Assembly: GCA_049190255.1 (NCBI GenBank)
Contig: JAIVWA010000001.1
Location: 520 to 32,581 of the forward strand
Length of the DNA stretch: 32,062 nucleotides
Source: Gammaproteobacteria bacterium
Lineage (GTDB): Bacteria > Desulfobacterota > Desulfobacteria > Desulfobacterales > JAFDCJ01
Direction of reading: 5' to 3'
Below, piece after piece: positions 16,911 to 25,666 of this stretch. Within the stretch, counting starts at the first letter, position 1. Every line of letters begins with the position of its first letter. The notes beneath the pieces were generated by a model, which had not been told where the DNA came from, ran no database searches, and saw only the letters and a program-made list of their open reading frames with translations. A program made the translations under genes and the position numbers.

Positions 16911-17081
16911 GGACAGATTCTGGCCGGGGCCGATCCGGTGCAGGCCATCCGCTATCAGATCATCGTGATGGTCATGCTGGTGGGATCAACGGCCATCGGA
17001 TCGCTGATAGTGGTTTACCTGGTGCGCAAACTGTGCTTCGGACCGGGTGAGCGGCTGCTGCTGCAACCAACCAATCTGTGA
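16908..17081 (+). pseudogene. fetB: 3' end of a FetB/YbbM (UPF0014) permease
   Basis: A different frame reads TGQILAGADPVQAIRYQIIVMVMLVGSTAIGSLIVVYL...stop at 17081. Confidence 0.8.
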
Positions 17082-17150
17082 CCTCTGCCCAAAAGTACCC
17101 TTTGCATTTGATTATTTGGCTTTAACGATTGAGAATGACAGGACACTAAT

Positions 17151-18563
17151 ATGAAATCAATTGAAAATGATTCCGAAGGCTTTCAGCGCTTATCCCATGT
17201 GAGCGTCGAAAATGCCGTTTATGGTATATTTTGGCTGGATGCTGAAGGCCGGATCTATCGTGCTAATGATGCTGCCTGCCGCCTGCTGGGATATACAAAG
17301 AAAGAGCTATTGGGTATGAAGGTCTCAGATTTTGATCCCGATTATCAGGCACAAGAATTTACGATTTTTTGGAAAAAATTAAAGAAATTAGGAGAATACA
17401 ATATTGAATCCAGGCATAGAAGAAAAGACGGCAGTTATTATCCTGTTGAAATATCCTCTTGTTATGTCGATTTCGAAGGGCAAGGTTATAGTTGTACGTT
17501 TTTTCGCGATATCACCGAACGCAAGCACTCGGAGGAGTCTTTGCGAACTACTTTAAAGGAATTGGAGATACTTAAAGAGCGACTTCAAGAAGAGAATTTT
17601 TACCTGCAAGAAGAAATTAAGCTGGAGCATAATTTCGGAGAAATAATTGGCCAAAGCGAAGTCTTCAAAAAAGCGCTCATGCAGGTGGAGCAGGTGGCCA
17701 TTACCGATACGACGGTTTTCATTAACGGTGAAACAGGGACGGGAAAGGAACTGATTGCCCGCGCCATTCATGATATCAGTTCCAGGAAAAACCGACCGTT
17801 GGTAAAGGTAAATTGCGCGGCAATACCGCTAGACTTGATCGAGAGCGACTTGTTTGGGCATGAAAAAGGCGCTTTTACTGGAGCGCTCTCCCAAAAAATC
17901 GGTAGATTCGAACTGGCAGACGAGGGGACTATCTTTTTGGATGAGATCGGAGATATACCCAAAGAACTGCAGGTCAAGCTGTTGAGAGTATTGCAAGAAG
18001 GAGAGTTTGAGAGATTGGGAAACCCGAATACGATAAAGGTGGACGTCAGGGTAATCGCTGCAACCAATCGTGACATTGAAAAAATGGTGGCCGTTGGAGA
18101 TTTTCGCGAGGATCTTTTTTACAGGCTAAACGTCTTTCCTCTTAATTCACCGCCACTCAGAAAGCGTATAGACGACATCCCCATGCTGGTTAAGCACTTC
18201 ATACAGAAATACAGCGCCAAGACCGGCAAAATGATTCAAACCATACCTAAGTCGGCCATGGACACACTGCAGTCTTACCACTGGCCGGGCAATGTTCGTG
18301 AATTGGAAAACATAATAGAGCGCGCTCTGGTCATTAGCCAGGGAACCAAACTGGAGTTAGGCGATTGGTTTTCACGCCTGGAAAGCGAGGACAACCAAAA
18401 ATATATCCTTTCGATGCAGGATTTAGAAAGAAAACATATTCTAAAGGTTCTGGATCTAACATCATGGCGAGTAAGCGGAAAAGGCGGCGCAGCGGAAATA
18501 CTCGATTTAAAGCCCACCACGCTGGAGGCCAGGATGAAAAAAATGGGAATTGAGCGTGCCTAA
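17151..18563 (+). CDS. PAS-domain sigma54-dependent transcriptional activator (FhlA-like tail)
   Basis: PAS domain (GRIYRANDAACRLLGY, RHRRKDGS); GETGTGKE, GAFTGA, FLDEIG, WPGNVRELEN; C-terminal HTH. Confidence 0.95.
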   Translation: MKSIENDSEGFQRLSHVSVENAVYGIFWLDAEGRIYRANDAACRLLGYTKKELLGMKVSDFDPDYQAQEFTIFWKKLKKLGEYNIESRHRRKDGSYYPVEISSCYVDFEGQGYSCTFFRDITERKHSEESLRTTLKELEILKERLQEENFYLQEEIKLEHNFGEIIGQSEVFKKALMQVEQVAITDTTVFINGETGTGKELIARAIHDISSRKNRPLVKVNCAAIPLDLIESDLFGHEKGAFTGALSQKIGRFELADEGTIFLDEIGDIPKELQVKLLRVLQEGEFERLGNPNTIKVDVRVIAATNRDIEKMVAVGDFREDLFYRLNVFPLNSPPLRKRIDDIPMLVKHFIQKYSAKTGKMIQTIPKSAMDTLQSYHWPGNVRELENIIERALVISQGTKLELGDWFSRLESEDNQKYILSMQDLERKHILKVLDLTSWRVSGKGGAAEILDLKPTTLEARMKKMGIERA

Positions 18564-18684
18564 ACCTCTGCACCGATAGTTGATCTTCTTAGACCCCCCA
18601 AAACATACCACATTGATAGAGCCTCGTTTCAATATTTATGGCAGTGATAAAGAAGTGTGCTCTGACTTGAACCGGTAACACTTC

Positions 18685-18719
18685 TCCCCATATAATGGGA
18701 TATTCTCAATATGTTGGGA
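18685..18719. promoter_or_regulatory. Tandem palindromic enhancer sites, consensus TCCCAATATATTGGGA
   Basis: TCCCCATATAATGGGA (18685-18700) and TCTCAATATGTTGGGA (18704-18719), each 14/16 to the perfect palindrome. Confidence 0.65.
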
Positions 18720-18818
18720 ACACTTCCTTTTCTCTTCAAAACCCAGTCCTGAATGTCATTACTCTTATTAGTTATAAAATTCAATTGGTTAAAATCCATT
18801 TTGATAGCTTCGGCAGAA

Positions 18819-18834
18819 TTGGTACATTTTTTGA
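18819..18834 (+). promoter_or_regulatory. Sigma54 -24/-12 promoter of the trx-rdhBAC operon
   Basis: TTGGTACATTTTTTGA (GG-N10-GA variant), about 100 bp downstream of the enhancer sites; IHF-like ATTCAATTGGTTA lies between. Confidence 0.65.
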
Positions 18835-18884
18835 AGTATAGAAATGTAATCGAATTTAATAAGGATTGGCAAGGCCTATCAACT

Positions 18885-19217
18885 ATGAATCACAAACTGA
18901 TAAATACGCACATGAGTGACAATGGCTTTAGTATTGAGAATCTTCCGACCGAGAAACCAATGGTTGTTGAATTTAACGCAACCTGGAGCGGTCCTTGCCA
19001 TATAATGGAGCCGGTGTTGGAAAGCGCGGCCGGAATATATGGCCACAAGATTAATTTTCATAGGGTGGACATAGACGACTTCCCAGAAATAACCAGGCAT
19101 TTTGGTGTCAGAAAAGTGCCGACAATACTAATCTTCAATAGAGGCAGGCTGGTGGATTTTGCTGTCGGGGCAATATCACGCAGGGATCTGGCGTCGAAGC
19201 TGGATAAAGTATTGTAA
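18885..19217 (+). CDS. Thioredoxin-like protein with monothiol WSGPC motif
   Basis: VVEFNATWSGPCHIM...VDID...FGVRKVPTILIF; start placed downstream of the sigma54 promoter. Confidence 0.85.
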   Translation: MNHKLINTHMSDNGFSIENLPTEKPMVVEFNATWSGPCHIMEPVLESAAGIYGHKINFHRVDIDDFPEITRHFGVRKVPTILIFNRGRLVDFAVGAISRRDLASKLDKVL

Positions 19218-19271
19218 GCCAGAATCAACAGGGAATCTTAAAACATAACCGCAAGAAAGAAAGGATCGATC

Positions 19272-19574
19272 ATGGGTATTTTTACAGCAAATGAAATGTT
19301 GTTCTTCTTTTTGGGTGTTTTGGGCACATCATTGACCTTTACGCTTATTTATCTCAGAAAAACTTTTCCTTTCAGGTGGCATTCGACTACGCTCGCTGCT
19401 TCGGGCATCATGCTTGCTCTTTTTACGATTGCCTGGTCGGTAAGCAGTCTTCTGGAAAACGAGGCTCGGGCATCTGGTATGGGCCTCCTGATTTTTGGCG
19501 TGACCACGCTTATTTGCTTCGGCCTTGCCAGGCAACTGGTTGCCAAAGAAATGAAGCTGCTAAAGCCCAGCTAA
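19272..19574 (+). CDS. rdhB: Reductive dehalogenase membrane anchor
   Basis: 100 aa, three hydrophobic segments, WSVSSLLENEARASGMG motif, directly upstream of rdhA. Confidence 0.8.
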   Translation: MGIFTANEMLFFFLGVLGTSLTFTLIYLRKTFPFRWHSTTLAASGIMLALFTIAWSVSSLLENEARASGMGLLIFGVTTLICFGLARQLVAKEMKLLKPS

Positions 19575-19646
19575 ACGGCCTCGCAGCAGGATGACTGATC
19601 CTATAAAACTGCTTAATAATTACTAAAATTAAAGGAGAAACGTATC

Positions 19647-20978
19647 ATGGCAATCACACAAATTCCCCCAAAGGCATCCCCCGAGCCCAAAAAGCGGATT
19701 AAGGGCCTGAGCCGCCGTAACTTTTTTAAATATTCTTTAGCTTCCGGTGTGGGCGTTGGGGCCGCGGTAATGGGGGCTGACAAGCTTATTCCTGCGGTGG
19801 GCACTTCAGCCGAAGCAGCCCCTAAGATGGGTAAAGAGCATGATTCCATTCCGATCGAGATCGCAAAAGACTACAAGCGGATGAATCAAAAAAACACGAT
19901 ATTTTGCCGTTTCGGCTGGGATCCCAAGATAATACCGTTAGGAAAAGAGTTCGGCGGAAAATTCCACGGCATGATACCGCCGGCCGGACAGCCCGGATGG
20001 ACCGAGGTGGAAAGCGCTTTGAGCCTGGCCGCCTGGTCGGTGGATCATGACGCCGCCACCAATAGCGAATTCGGAATCCCCAATCAGGGCCTTTACGCCT
20101 GGGAAGGTAAAATTAACAAACGCCAGACGGTTTTCGACACTCCCCGGCAGGCTACCAGCAAAGTAAAACGGGCGGCACGTTTTTTGGGGGCAGACCTGGT
20201 CGGCATCTGTGATTATGATGAGCGTTGGGTCTATTCAGACTTCTTCAATCCATTCACCGGCAAGGCCACCCCGGGTGAGTTTCCCTTCAAGCCAAAAAGC
20301 GTGGTGGTTCTGGCCCTGGAGATGGATTACGATGCGTTTCGCGCAGCGCCATCTCTGATTGCTTCTGCCGCCGCCGGCAACATCTACTCCAATATGGCCA
20401 GCATTGCTCACAAAGTCGCCACATTTATAAGACAATTAGGCTATAATGCCATCCCTTGCGGCAATGATTCCGCCATGAGTATTCCTCTGGCCGTTTCCGC
20501 CGGATTGGGCGAGTTGGGTAGAAACGGACTTCTGATTACAGAAAAATACGGGCCGCGGGTAAGGCTTTGCAAGGTAATCACCGATCTTGAACTGACGGCC
20601 GGTAAACCCATCACTTTTGGTGTTCGGAAATTCTGCGAAGTTTGCTTGAAATGCGCCGACCAATGCCCGGGTAAAGCCATATCCCATGATAAAAAAGCAA
20701 GTTTCAAAACTACGACCATATCAAATAATCCCGGGGTTAAAAAGTGGTGTATCGACGGCGATAAGTGTTTTGCCTTTTGGGCGAAAAACGGTGGAGACTG
20801 CGGAAACTGCATAGCAAGCTGTCCCTATAACAAAATCGACGATTGGCATCACAGTCTGACCAAAGCGGCCACCCTGACGCCGGCCAAGCCGGTGCTGCGC
20901 TATTTTGACGAATTATTCGGTTACGGCAAGACCTACAACGAAAAGGCTATGGAGTCGTGGTGGAAAATCAAATCCTAA
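19647..20978 (+). CDS. rdhA: Respiratory-type reductive dehalogenase catalytic subunit
   Basis: Tat motif SRRNFFK; GADLVGI, AGLGELGRNG, GPRVRL; Fe-S motifs CEVCLKCADQCP and C-x10-CGNCIASCP. Confidence 0.96.
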   Translation: MAITQIPPKASPEPKKRIKGLSRRNFFKYSLASGVGVGAAVMGADKLIPAVGTSAEAAPKMGKEHDSIPIEIAKDYKRMNQKNTIFCRFGWDPKIIPLGKEFGGKFHGMIPPAGQPGWTEVESALSLAAWSVDHDAATNSEFGIPNQGLYAWEGKINKRQTVFDTPRQATSKVKRAARFLGADLVGICDYDERWVYSDFFNPFTGKATPGEFPFKPKSVVVLALEMDYDAFRAAPSLIASAAAGNIYSNMASIAHKVATFIRQLGYNAIPCGNDSAMSIPLAVSAGLGELGRNGLLITEKYGPRVRLCKVITDLELTAGKPITFGVRKFCEVCLKCADQCPGKAISHDKKASFKTTTISNNPGVKKWCIDGDKCFAFWAKNGGDCGNCIASCPYNKIDDWHHSLTKAATLTPAKPVLRYFDELFGYGKTYNEKAMESWWKIKS

Positions 20979-21038
20979 CCGCCGAGCCCGCAGATTAAAC
21001 GTTTCATGAAAAAATGATAGCTTGCTGGCAACGTAATC

Positions 21039-21064
21039 TGGTGACGCCCACCAAGGCGTCACCA
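21039..21064 (+). other. 10-bp perfect hairpin between rdhA and rdhC (no U-tract)
   Basis: TGGTGACGCC-caccaa-GGCGTCACCA; could stabilise the upstream mRNA or attenuate read-through. Confidence 0.55.
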
Positions 21065-21153
21065 ACAATCCAAGACCGGAAAGGTTTGCTCAAATCGGCT
21101 GGGCGCCGGTTTCAGTCTATCCGAAATCTAAACAAGCTGCCTGCAATATAGCG

Positions 21154-22359
21154 ATGGCTACCATGCTGATAAAAACGCACAGGACATCCGAGTGGAAATT
21201 TTTTCTAAGGCTGTCTGTAGTGATAAGCTTGCTGGGGGCATATTTCTACGGTGTTTCACTCCGGAGTCAAAACGAGCTTACTCTTTTGGGTCAATTCTAC
21301 GAAACAGGTGCTGTATTTCAAAAAATCAGCGACACGCCTTTAATCTACAATGTCACCTCAAAAAATGATGCAAGCCTTCTTCTCTCTGTGGCCATAGAAA
21401 CAACCAACGGCTATGGAGGTCCGACCACAATTGCCACTGAGGTGGACGCCAAAGGAATTATACAGAGGGTATTGGTTCTGGAACATAAAGAGACGCCCGC
21501 ATTTTTTAAGAATTTGCAAGATGAAAAATACTTCAAACAATTTGAAGGCCTAAAGGTAAATTCGGTCTTTGTGTTGGATGAAGATATCGATGTTGTGAGC
21601 GGGGCCACGGTCTCTTCTAAAGCATTTTGTCAAGCCGTACAAGTGGGGGGCCATAACATAGGAAGGGAATTGCTAAATATGTCTATTGCGCAACAAGAAA
21701 ACCCTTTCATTTTCGGAATAAAGGAAACTATTCTCATCATATTGTTTGTCTTGGTGATGATCGGTTCCATAAAAAAAATTGCGGTGCTGCGGTACTTCAC
21801 CTTAGCGGCCGGTGGAGTTATTCTTGGTTTTTATCTAAATTCGGCCATCTCTCTTTCCAATATCGCATCGATCCTTTTGGGATATTTCCCATCTATTACT
21901 GAAAAAGCGTTCTGGTGGCTTTTGGTTGGGGGGGCACTGCTCATGATTCTCTTCTACGGTAAGAACCTCTATTGTTACTGGCTTTGCCCTTTTGGGGCAA
22001 TCCAGGAATTCGCCACTAAAATAGGCGGAGTAAACATCAAACTCAGCCGGCGCACATTAACCGTCGCCAAGTACATAGGCCCCTGCCTTACGTGGTTGGC
22101 GTTAATGATCATTTTCCTTACTTCGAATACAACCGTGGCCAGTTACGAGCCCTTTGCCGCTATATTCGGTTTGCGGGGCACATCCGTGCAATGGTTCATA
22201 ATGCCTACGGTGATACTGGGCTCTTTTTTCATTACCAGGTTCTGGTGCAGATTTTTCTGTCCGGTGGGTGTGGTTTTGAAAATTACAGGCCGAATTAGAG
22301 CTCAAGCCAAACGGGGATTAAAAGGTATAAAAAAATGGAAAACAAGGGCAGCATATTAG
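21154..22359 (+). CDS. rdhC: RdhC (NosR/NirI-like) FMN-binding, Fe-S membrane protein
   Basis: GYGGP, flavinylation motif DVVSGATVSS, multiple TM helices, CYWLCPFG and CRFFCPVG. Confidence 0.9.
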   Translation: MATMLIKTHRTSEWKFFLRLSVVISLLGAYFYGVSLRSQNELTLLGQFYETGAVFQKISDTPLIYNVTSKNDASLLLSVAIETTNGYGGPTTIATEVDAKGIIQRVLVLEHKETPAFFKNLQDEKYFKQFEGLKVNSVFVLDEDIDVVSGATVSSKAFCQAVQVGGHNIGRELLNMSIAQQENPFIFGIKETILIILFVLVMIGSIKKIAVLRYFTLAAGGVILGFYLNSAISLSNIASILLGYFPSITEKAFWWLLVGGALLMILFYGKNLYCYWLCPFGAIQEFATKIGGVNIKLSRRTLTVAKYIGPCLTWLALMIIFLTSNTTVASYEPFAAIFGLRGTSVQWFIMPTVILGSFFITRFWCRFFCPVGVVLKITGRIRAQAKRGLKGIKKWKTRAAY

Positions 22360-22448
22360 CGGCGGTATTCGCCAATCTGGTCATAACCGGAACATTGGTA
22401 CTTATTTTAATTTACTTTTATCAGGTTCTTTTCACAGATATAATGTGA
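22335..22448 (+). CDS. Unannotated 37-aa single-TM peptide
   Basis: MENKGSILAAVFANLVITGTLVLILIYFYQVLFTDIM*; preceded by AAAGG; overlaps the rdhC stop. Confidence 0.55.
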   Translation: MENKGSILAAVFANLVITGTLVLILIYFYQVLFTDIM

Positions 22449-22516
22449 TTGGCTCGTATAGAAGGGAAATCAGTCAACATGAAACGAATTGACAATTGTT
22501 TCAAAGGTGGTGTGAG

Positions 22517-23320
22517 ATGGCCATATTTTTACTTTCGCGAGGTTCGTACTCCTGGGGTTCACAAATAGCGGGGATGGTGGCAAAAAAACTTGGCTATGCG
22601 TGCATTTCACGGGAGGATATTCTCAAAACATCAGGGAAATTCGATTTACCGGAGATCAAGTTGATCAATGCGTTTAACGAGATGCCTTCATTGATAGACC
22701 GGTTTATAGGAAGTAGAAAAGAAGAATACCTTTCCTATCTTCACGCCGCCATTCTGAAAAACGTACAGCAGGACAATGTGGTGGCACATGGTTTTGCCGG
22801 CCTATTCCTGATCCACAATATATCTCATGTCATCAAGGTTAGAATAACCATAGATCAAAAAGACCGCATCGCACTGGCCCAAAAAGAAGGCGGCATGGGA
22901 GCGGGCGATGCTTTCAGAGCGCTTAAGAAAATTGATGCCCAGAGGCAAAAGTGGGGTCAATATATGTTCGGTGTGGATTTGTCGGACTCTTCAAACTACC
23001 ATATGACCTTCCATGTCAACAGGCAAACCATCAACGACGCAGTTGAGCTCATTTGCTACGCGGCTGGGTTAAACCGTTACCGCACCACAATTGAATCTCA
23101 GAAGTCGCTCGATGACCAGTTGCTGGCCTCGGAGGTGAAGGTAGCCCTTTTGGAAATAAGACCGGACGCCGTGGTAAACTCGGATAGCGGCCGGATTTAT
23201 GTTGAAACCAGAGAAAACGGTATGGACACCAACGAGGTCAAACATATGATCAGTAAAACCGCGTTAGAGGTACTGGGTGTCAAACAAGTAGAAGTCAACA
23301 TTAAGCCCAGTTCGGCTTAG
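22517..23320 (+). CDS. Cytidylate-kinase-like protein with C-terminal BON-like extension
   Basis: LSRGSYSWGSQIA...LGY...SRE, VVAHG, IKVRI, YHMTFHV; tail GVKQVEVNI. Confidence 0.75.
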   Translation: MAIFLLSRGSYSWGSQIAGMVAKKLGYACISREDILKTSGKFDLPEIKLINAFNEMPSLIDRFIGSRKEEYLSYLHAAILKNVQQDNVVAHGFAGLFLIHNISHVIKVRITIDQKDRIALAQKEGGMGAGDAFRALKKIDAQRQKWGQYMFGVDLSDSSNYHMTFHVNRQTINDAVELICYAAGLNRYRTTIESQKSLDDQLLASEVKVALLEIRPDAVVNSDSGRIYVETRENGMDTNEVKHMISKTALEVLGVKQVEVNIKPSSA

Positions 23321-23349
23321 CCACGGGTTGATTTCCCGGTGGTTTATTA

Positions 23350-24477
23350 TTAAGATCGCACAAACCAGCTTACCGGACGTCGCAGGCTGACCGGTTCCGG
23401 ATATGTTTTTAAATAGCCGACCCGTAACACAAACTGCGAAACAACATCGGCCTCGTGGTTGGCCGCAATCTGGTTCAATCCCTCTTTTTCCTCCAGGTAC
23501 TGGGTCATGGGTTGAATCGCGATGTTTCGTTCGCGTGCCAGCAGGGCCATTTGTTCAAATCTTCTGCCGGTTTCAATTAAGTCGGCTACCGTTTGACCTT
23601 CACTGGTAATGATGAGCCAGCCACCGCCCTGCCGGGCGAGTTCGGCCGTAAGGTCAACGCTCTGCTTGCGGAAACTTGGTTTCATAAAATCCTGGGGTTT
23701 AAGGAAATTTCTGACGAACCAGCCCTTGAAGCCGCGGATCTCCATACCTTCAACCGTCAGTCCATCACGGTAGCGCTCGGCATCCTTGTTGCTGAGCCGC
23801 ACCCAGCGGACCAGTTCCCTTTGGGCGTCATCCCGCTGAACCTGGAGCCGAAAATTTTCAATGGCCCCTTCTTCAATGCATTTTGCATGCTCGGTGCCTT
23901 TCGGAAAGTAAAACAGCCGGCCCTTTAATGGTTCCGACAATGCGTGAATATCCTCTTTTTTAATCTCATCCGGAAGATAACCGTGCTTAACCGTCATGCG
24001 CAGCTTAAGCCGTTCAAGCGGATAATCGATGGGCCTGGCAGGCTTTAAGAAAACCCGTATGATGTCCTTGCGGAATGGGTTGTCGGCCATGATCTCCATT
24101 TCAGCCTTTAAGCCGTATGGGCCGGCAGCAAGCGAGAGGTTTTCAGCAAAGGCACCGATGGACAGCAGGGCCTCCCGGTTGTCGGGGTCAACTTCAGATA
24201 GTCTGCGTTGCGGGTCAAGGCCAATGATCCATTCATTTTTGTTCACTATCCTAACAAACCAGGGCTGGGAATTATGACCGCTGGGAGCCAGGGATGCATG
24301 GTATAAGATGGCACCACCGCTCTTATCCAATTGATCGGTTAGGGGTTTTGAAAGATTCTGATCAGGCAAATCAGCGCGTCGAATACTCGAGCAGGCAGAA
24401 AGTATCGACCCGCTCCCCACCGCCATCGATCCGGCTGCCAGGGTTTTCTTCAAAAAACTTCTACGATTTAATTTCAT
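23350..24477 (-). CDS. Tat-exported Acg-type FMN nitroreductase-like lipoprotein
   Basis: NRRSFLK plus lipobox LSAC; APSGHNSQPW, DPDNREALLSIGAFAENL, LRVGY. Confidence 0.85.
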   Translation of the reverse strand: MKLNRRSFLKKTLAAGSMAVGSGSILSACSSIRRADLPDQNLSKPLTDQLDKSGGAILYHASLAPSGHNSQPWFVRIVNKNEWIIGLDPQRRLSEVDPDNREALLSIGAFAENLSLAAGPYGLKAEMEIMADNPFRKDIIRVFLKPARPIDYPLERLKLRMTVKHGYLPDEIKKEDIHALSEPLKGRLFYFPKGTEHAKCIEEGAIENFRLQVQRDDAQRELVRWVRLSNKDAERYRDGLTVEGMEIRGFKGWFVRNFLKPQDFMKPSFRKQSVDLTAELARQGGGWLIITSEGQTVADLIETGRRFEQMALLARERNIAIQPMTQYLEEKEGLNQIAANHEADVVSQFVLRVGYLKTYPEPVSLRRPVSWFVRS

Positions 24478-24517
24478 AATGAATCCATTCCTTAGTTTCG
24501 ATACAACATGTATTTTA

Positions 24518-24533
24518 GTCACTATCTGGTGAC
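24518..24533. promoter_or_regulatory. Putative TetR operator 1
   Basis: GTCAC-tatctg-GTGAC upstream of the nitroreductase, next to a minus-strand TATAAT. Confidence 0.75.
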
Positions 24534-24558
24534 ATTATAGACAAAAAAATTTCGGCTA

Positions 24559-25212
24559 TTACGTTGCGCTGCCTGCAAACAGGCCTTGAATCATGGTATC
24601 GATCGCATCTTCCAGCCGTTTCCATCCCTCTTCGGATTCAAGGTCGACGCCATTGTAAAAGCGAATCTGGCGGCCGCGGCTGACCAGATAGCTGATCCCG
24701 GCACCGATAATTGCGCCCATTGCTGCTATATCCGGCCCATTGCCGGTTGAAGGGAAAAACATATCAAAAAAATTCATCATCGTATTCTCCCGGATCGTTT
24801 CCAGTTCAACCGTCAGATCATTGCGTTCGACCATTTCCCAGGCCAGGATCTCCTGGGTAATCGGTCGCTGTCGGATTGCCTGGATGAAATTTCTGCTTAA
24901 TCGGGACAATTGTTCGGTCACAGGCAATCGACTGTATGCTTCGACGTCACCACCGGCAAGCTCCTTTATTGAAGGCCAGAAGTTGCCCTCCCGGCCAAAG
25001 GCGACAATCAGATCCGATAACCCGCCAAAATACCGGTAAATCAAAACTTTATCCACCCCGGCTTCCCTGGCGACGGCATTGACTCCCAGCCCCTTGAAGC
25101 CTTCCCGGGCCAGCAGGGTTCCAACGGCCTGGATCAACCTGGCGCGTGTTGCTTCCCGGTTACGGGGTGTTGCCGGATTAAAAATAAATTTTTTCTTTGC
25201 GGAAGTCACCAT
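24559..25212 (-). CDS. TetR/AcrR family transcriptional regulator
   Basis: TRARLIQAVGTLLAREGFKGLGVNAVAREAGVDKVLIYRYFG. Confidence 0.93.
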   Translation of the reverse strand: MVTSAKKKFIFNPATPRNREATRARLIQAVGTLLAREGFKGLGVNAVAREAGVDKVLIYRYFGGLSDLIVAFGREGNFWPSIKELAGGDVEAYSRLPVTEQLSRLSRNFIQAIRQRPITQEILAWEMVERNDLTVELETIRENTMMNFFDMFFPSTGNGPDIAAMGAIIGAGISYLVSRGRQIRFYNGVDLESEEGWKRLEDAIDTMIQGLFAGSAT

Positions 25213-25223
25213 AGGGTCTATTT

Positions 25224-25243
25224 ATGTCACCTAATAGTGACAT
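25224..25243. promoter_or_regulatory. Putative TetR operator 2, within the tetR promoter
   Basis: ATGTCAC-ctaata-GTGACAT; core is 14/16 identical to operator 1 (reverse complement); abuts the minus-strand TTGACA at 25249-25244. Confidence 0.75.
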
Positions 25244-25303
25244 TGTCAAGCTTTTTTTTGCCCATCAATTGATCGGCTGAACGAAAAGATATGGGGAAAA
25301 ATC

Positions 25304-25347
25304 TTGACATTATTGTTATACTACAATATTTTCTTTGTATAACAATA
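25304..25347 (+). promoter_or_regulatory. Promoter and operator of the AbrB/VapC pair
   Basis: TTGACA-N17-TATTTT, overlapped by the perfect 11-bp inverted repeat TATTGTTATAC / GTATAACAATA. Confidence 0.7.
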
Positions 25348-25372
25348 GAACCGCCTTAACAGGAGAATAATC

Positions 25373-25666
25373 ATGGGTGCCGGTACTAAAGAATCCACTA
25401 AAATGAAAGTGTTCCCCAAGGGCCAAGTTGTCATCCCTGTTTCATTGAGAAAAAAATACCATATTGAGATTGGTGATCAGATTGATGTGATTTCTGAATC
25501 CGAGGGGATTTTATTGAAACCTCTTCCAAAAGAAAAAAGCCGGAGATCTGCGACTGAACGATTATTTGGCATCTTTCGTGCCTATGCATCCAGAAAATCA
25601 GAACCAACCAAAGCGGACATCGAAAAGGCAACTGAAGATGGTTTTGCTGAAGGATGGAATAAATGA
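25373..25666 (+). CDS. AbrB/MazE/SpoVT-family antitoxin
   Basis: KGQVVIPVSLRKKYHIEIGDQIDV...ILLKP; RBS AGGAG. Confidence 0.9.
   Translation: MGAGTKESTKMKVFPKGQVVIPVSLRKKYHIEIGDQIDVISESEGILLKPLPKEKSRRSATERLFGIFRAYASRKSEPTKADIEKATEDGFAEGWNK

Noticed and set aside
16460-17050. 196-aa ABC ATPase as an intact gene
   Set aside because: Lacks the signature and Walker B motifs; the tail is out-of-frame fetB sequence
18753-18884. N-terminal extension of the thioredoxin in the ORF track
   Set aside because: Overlaps the predicted sigma54 promoter; the thioredoxin fold fits a start at 18885
16200-23350. rdh cluster as a defined genomic island
   Set aside because: No integrase, tRNA or flanking direct repeats seen; only indirect signs (MITE, fetAB deletion)
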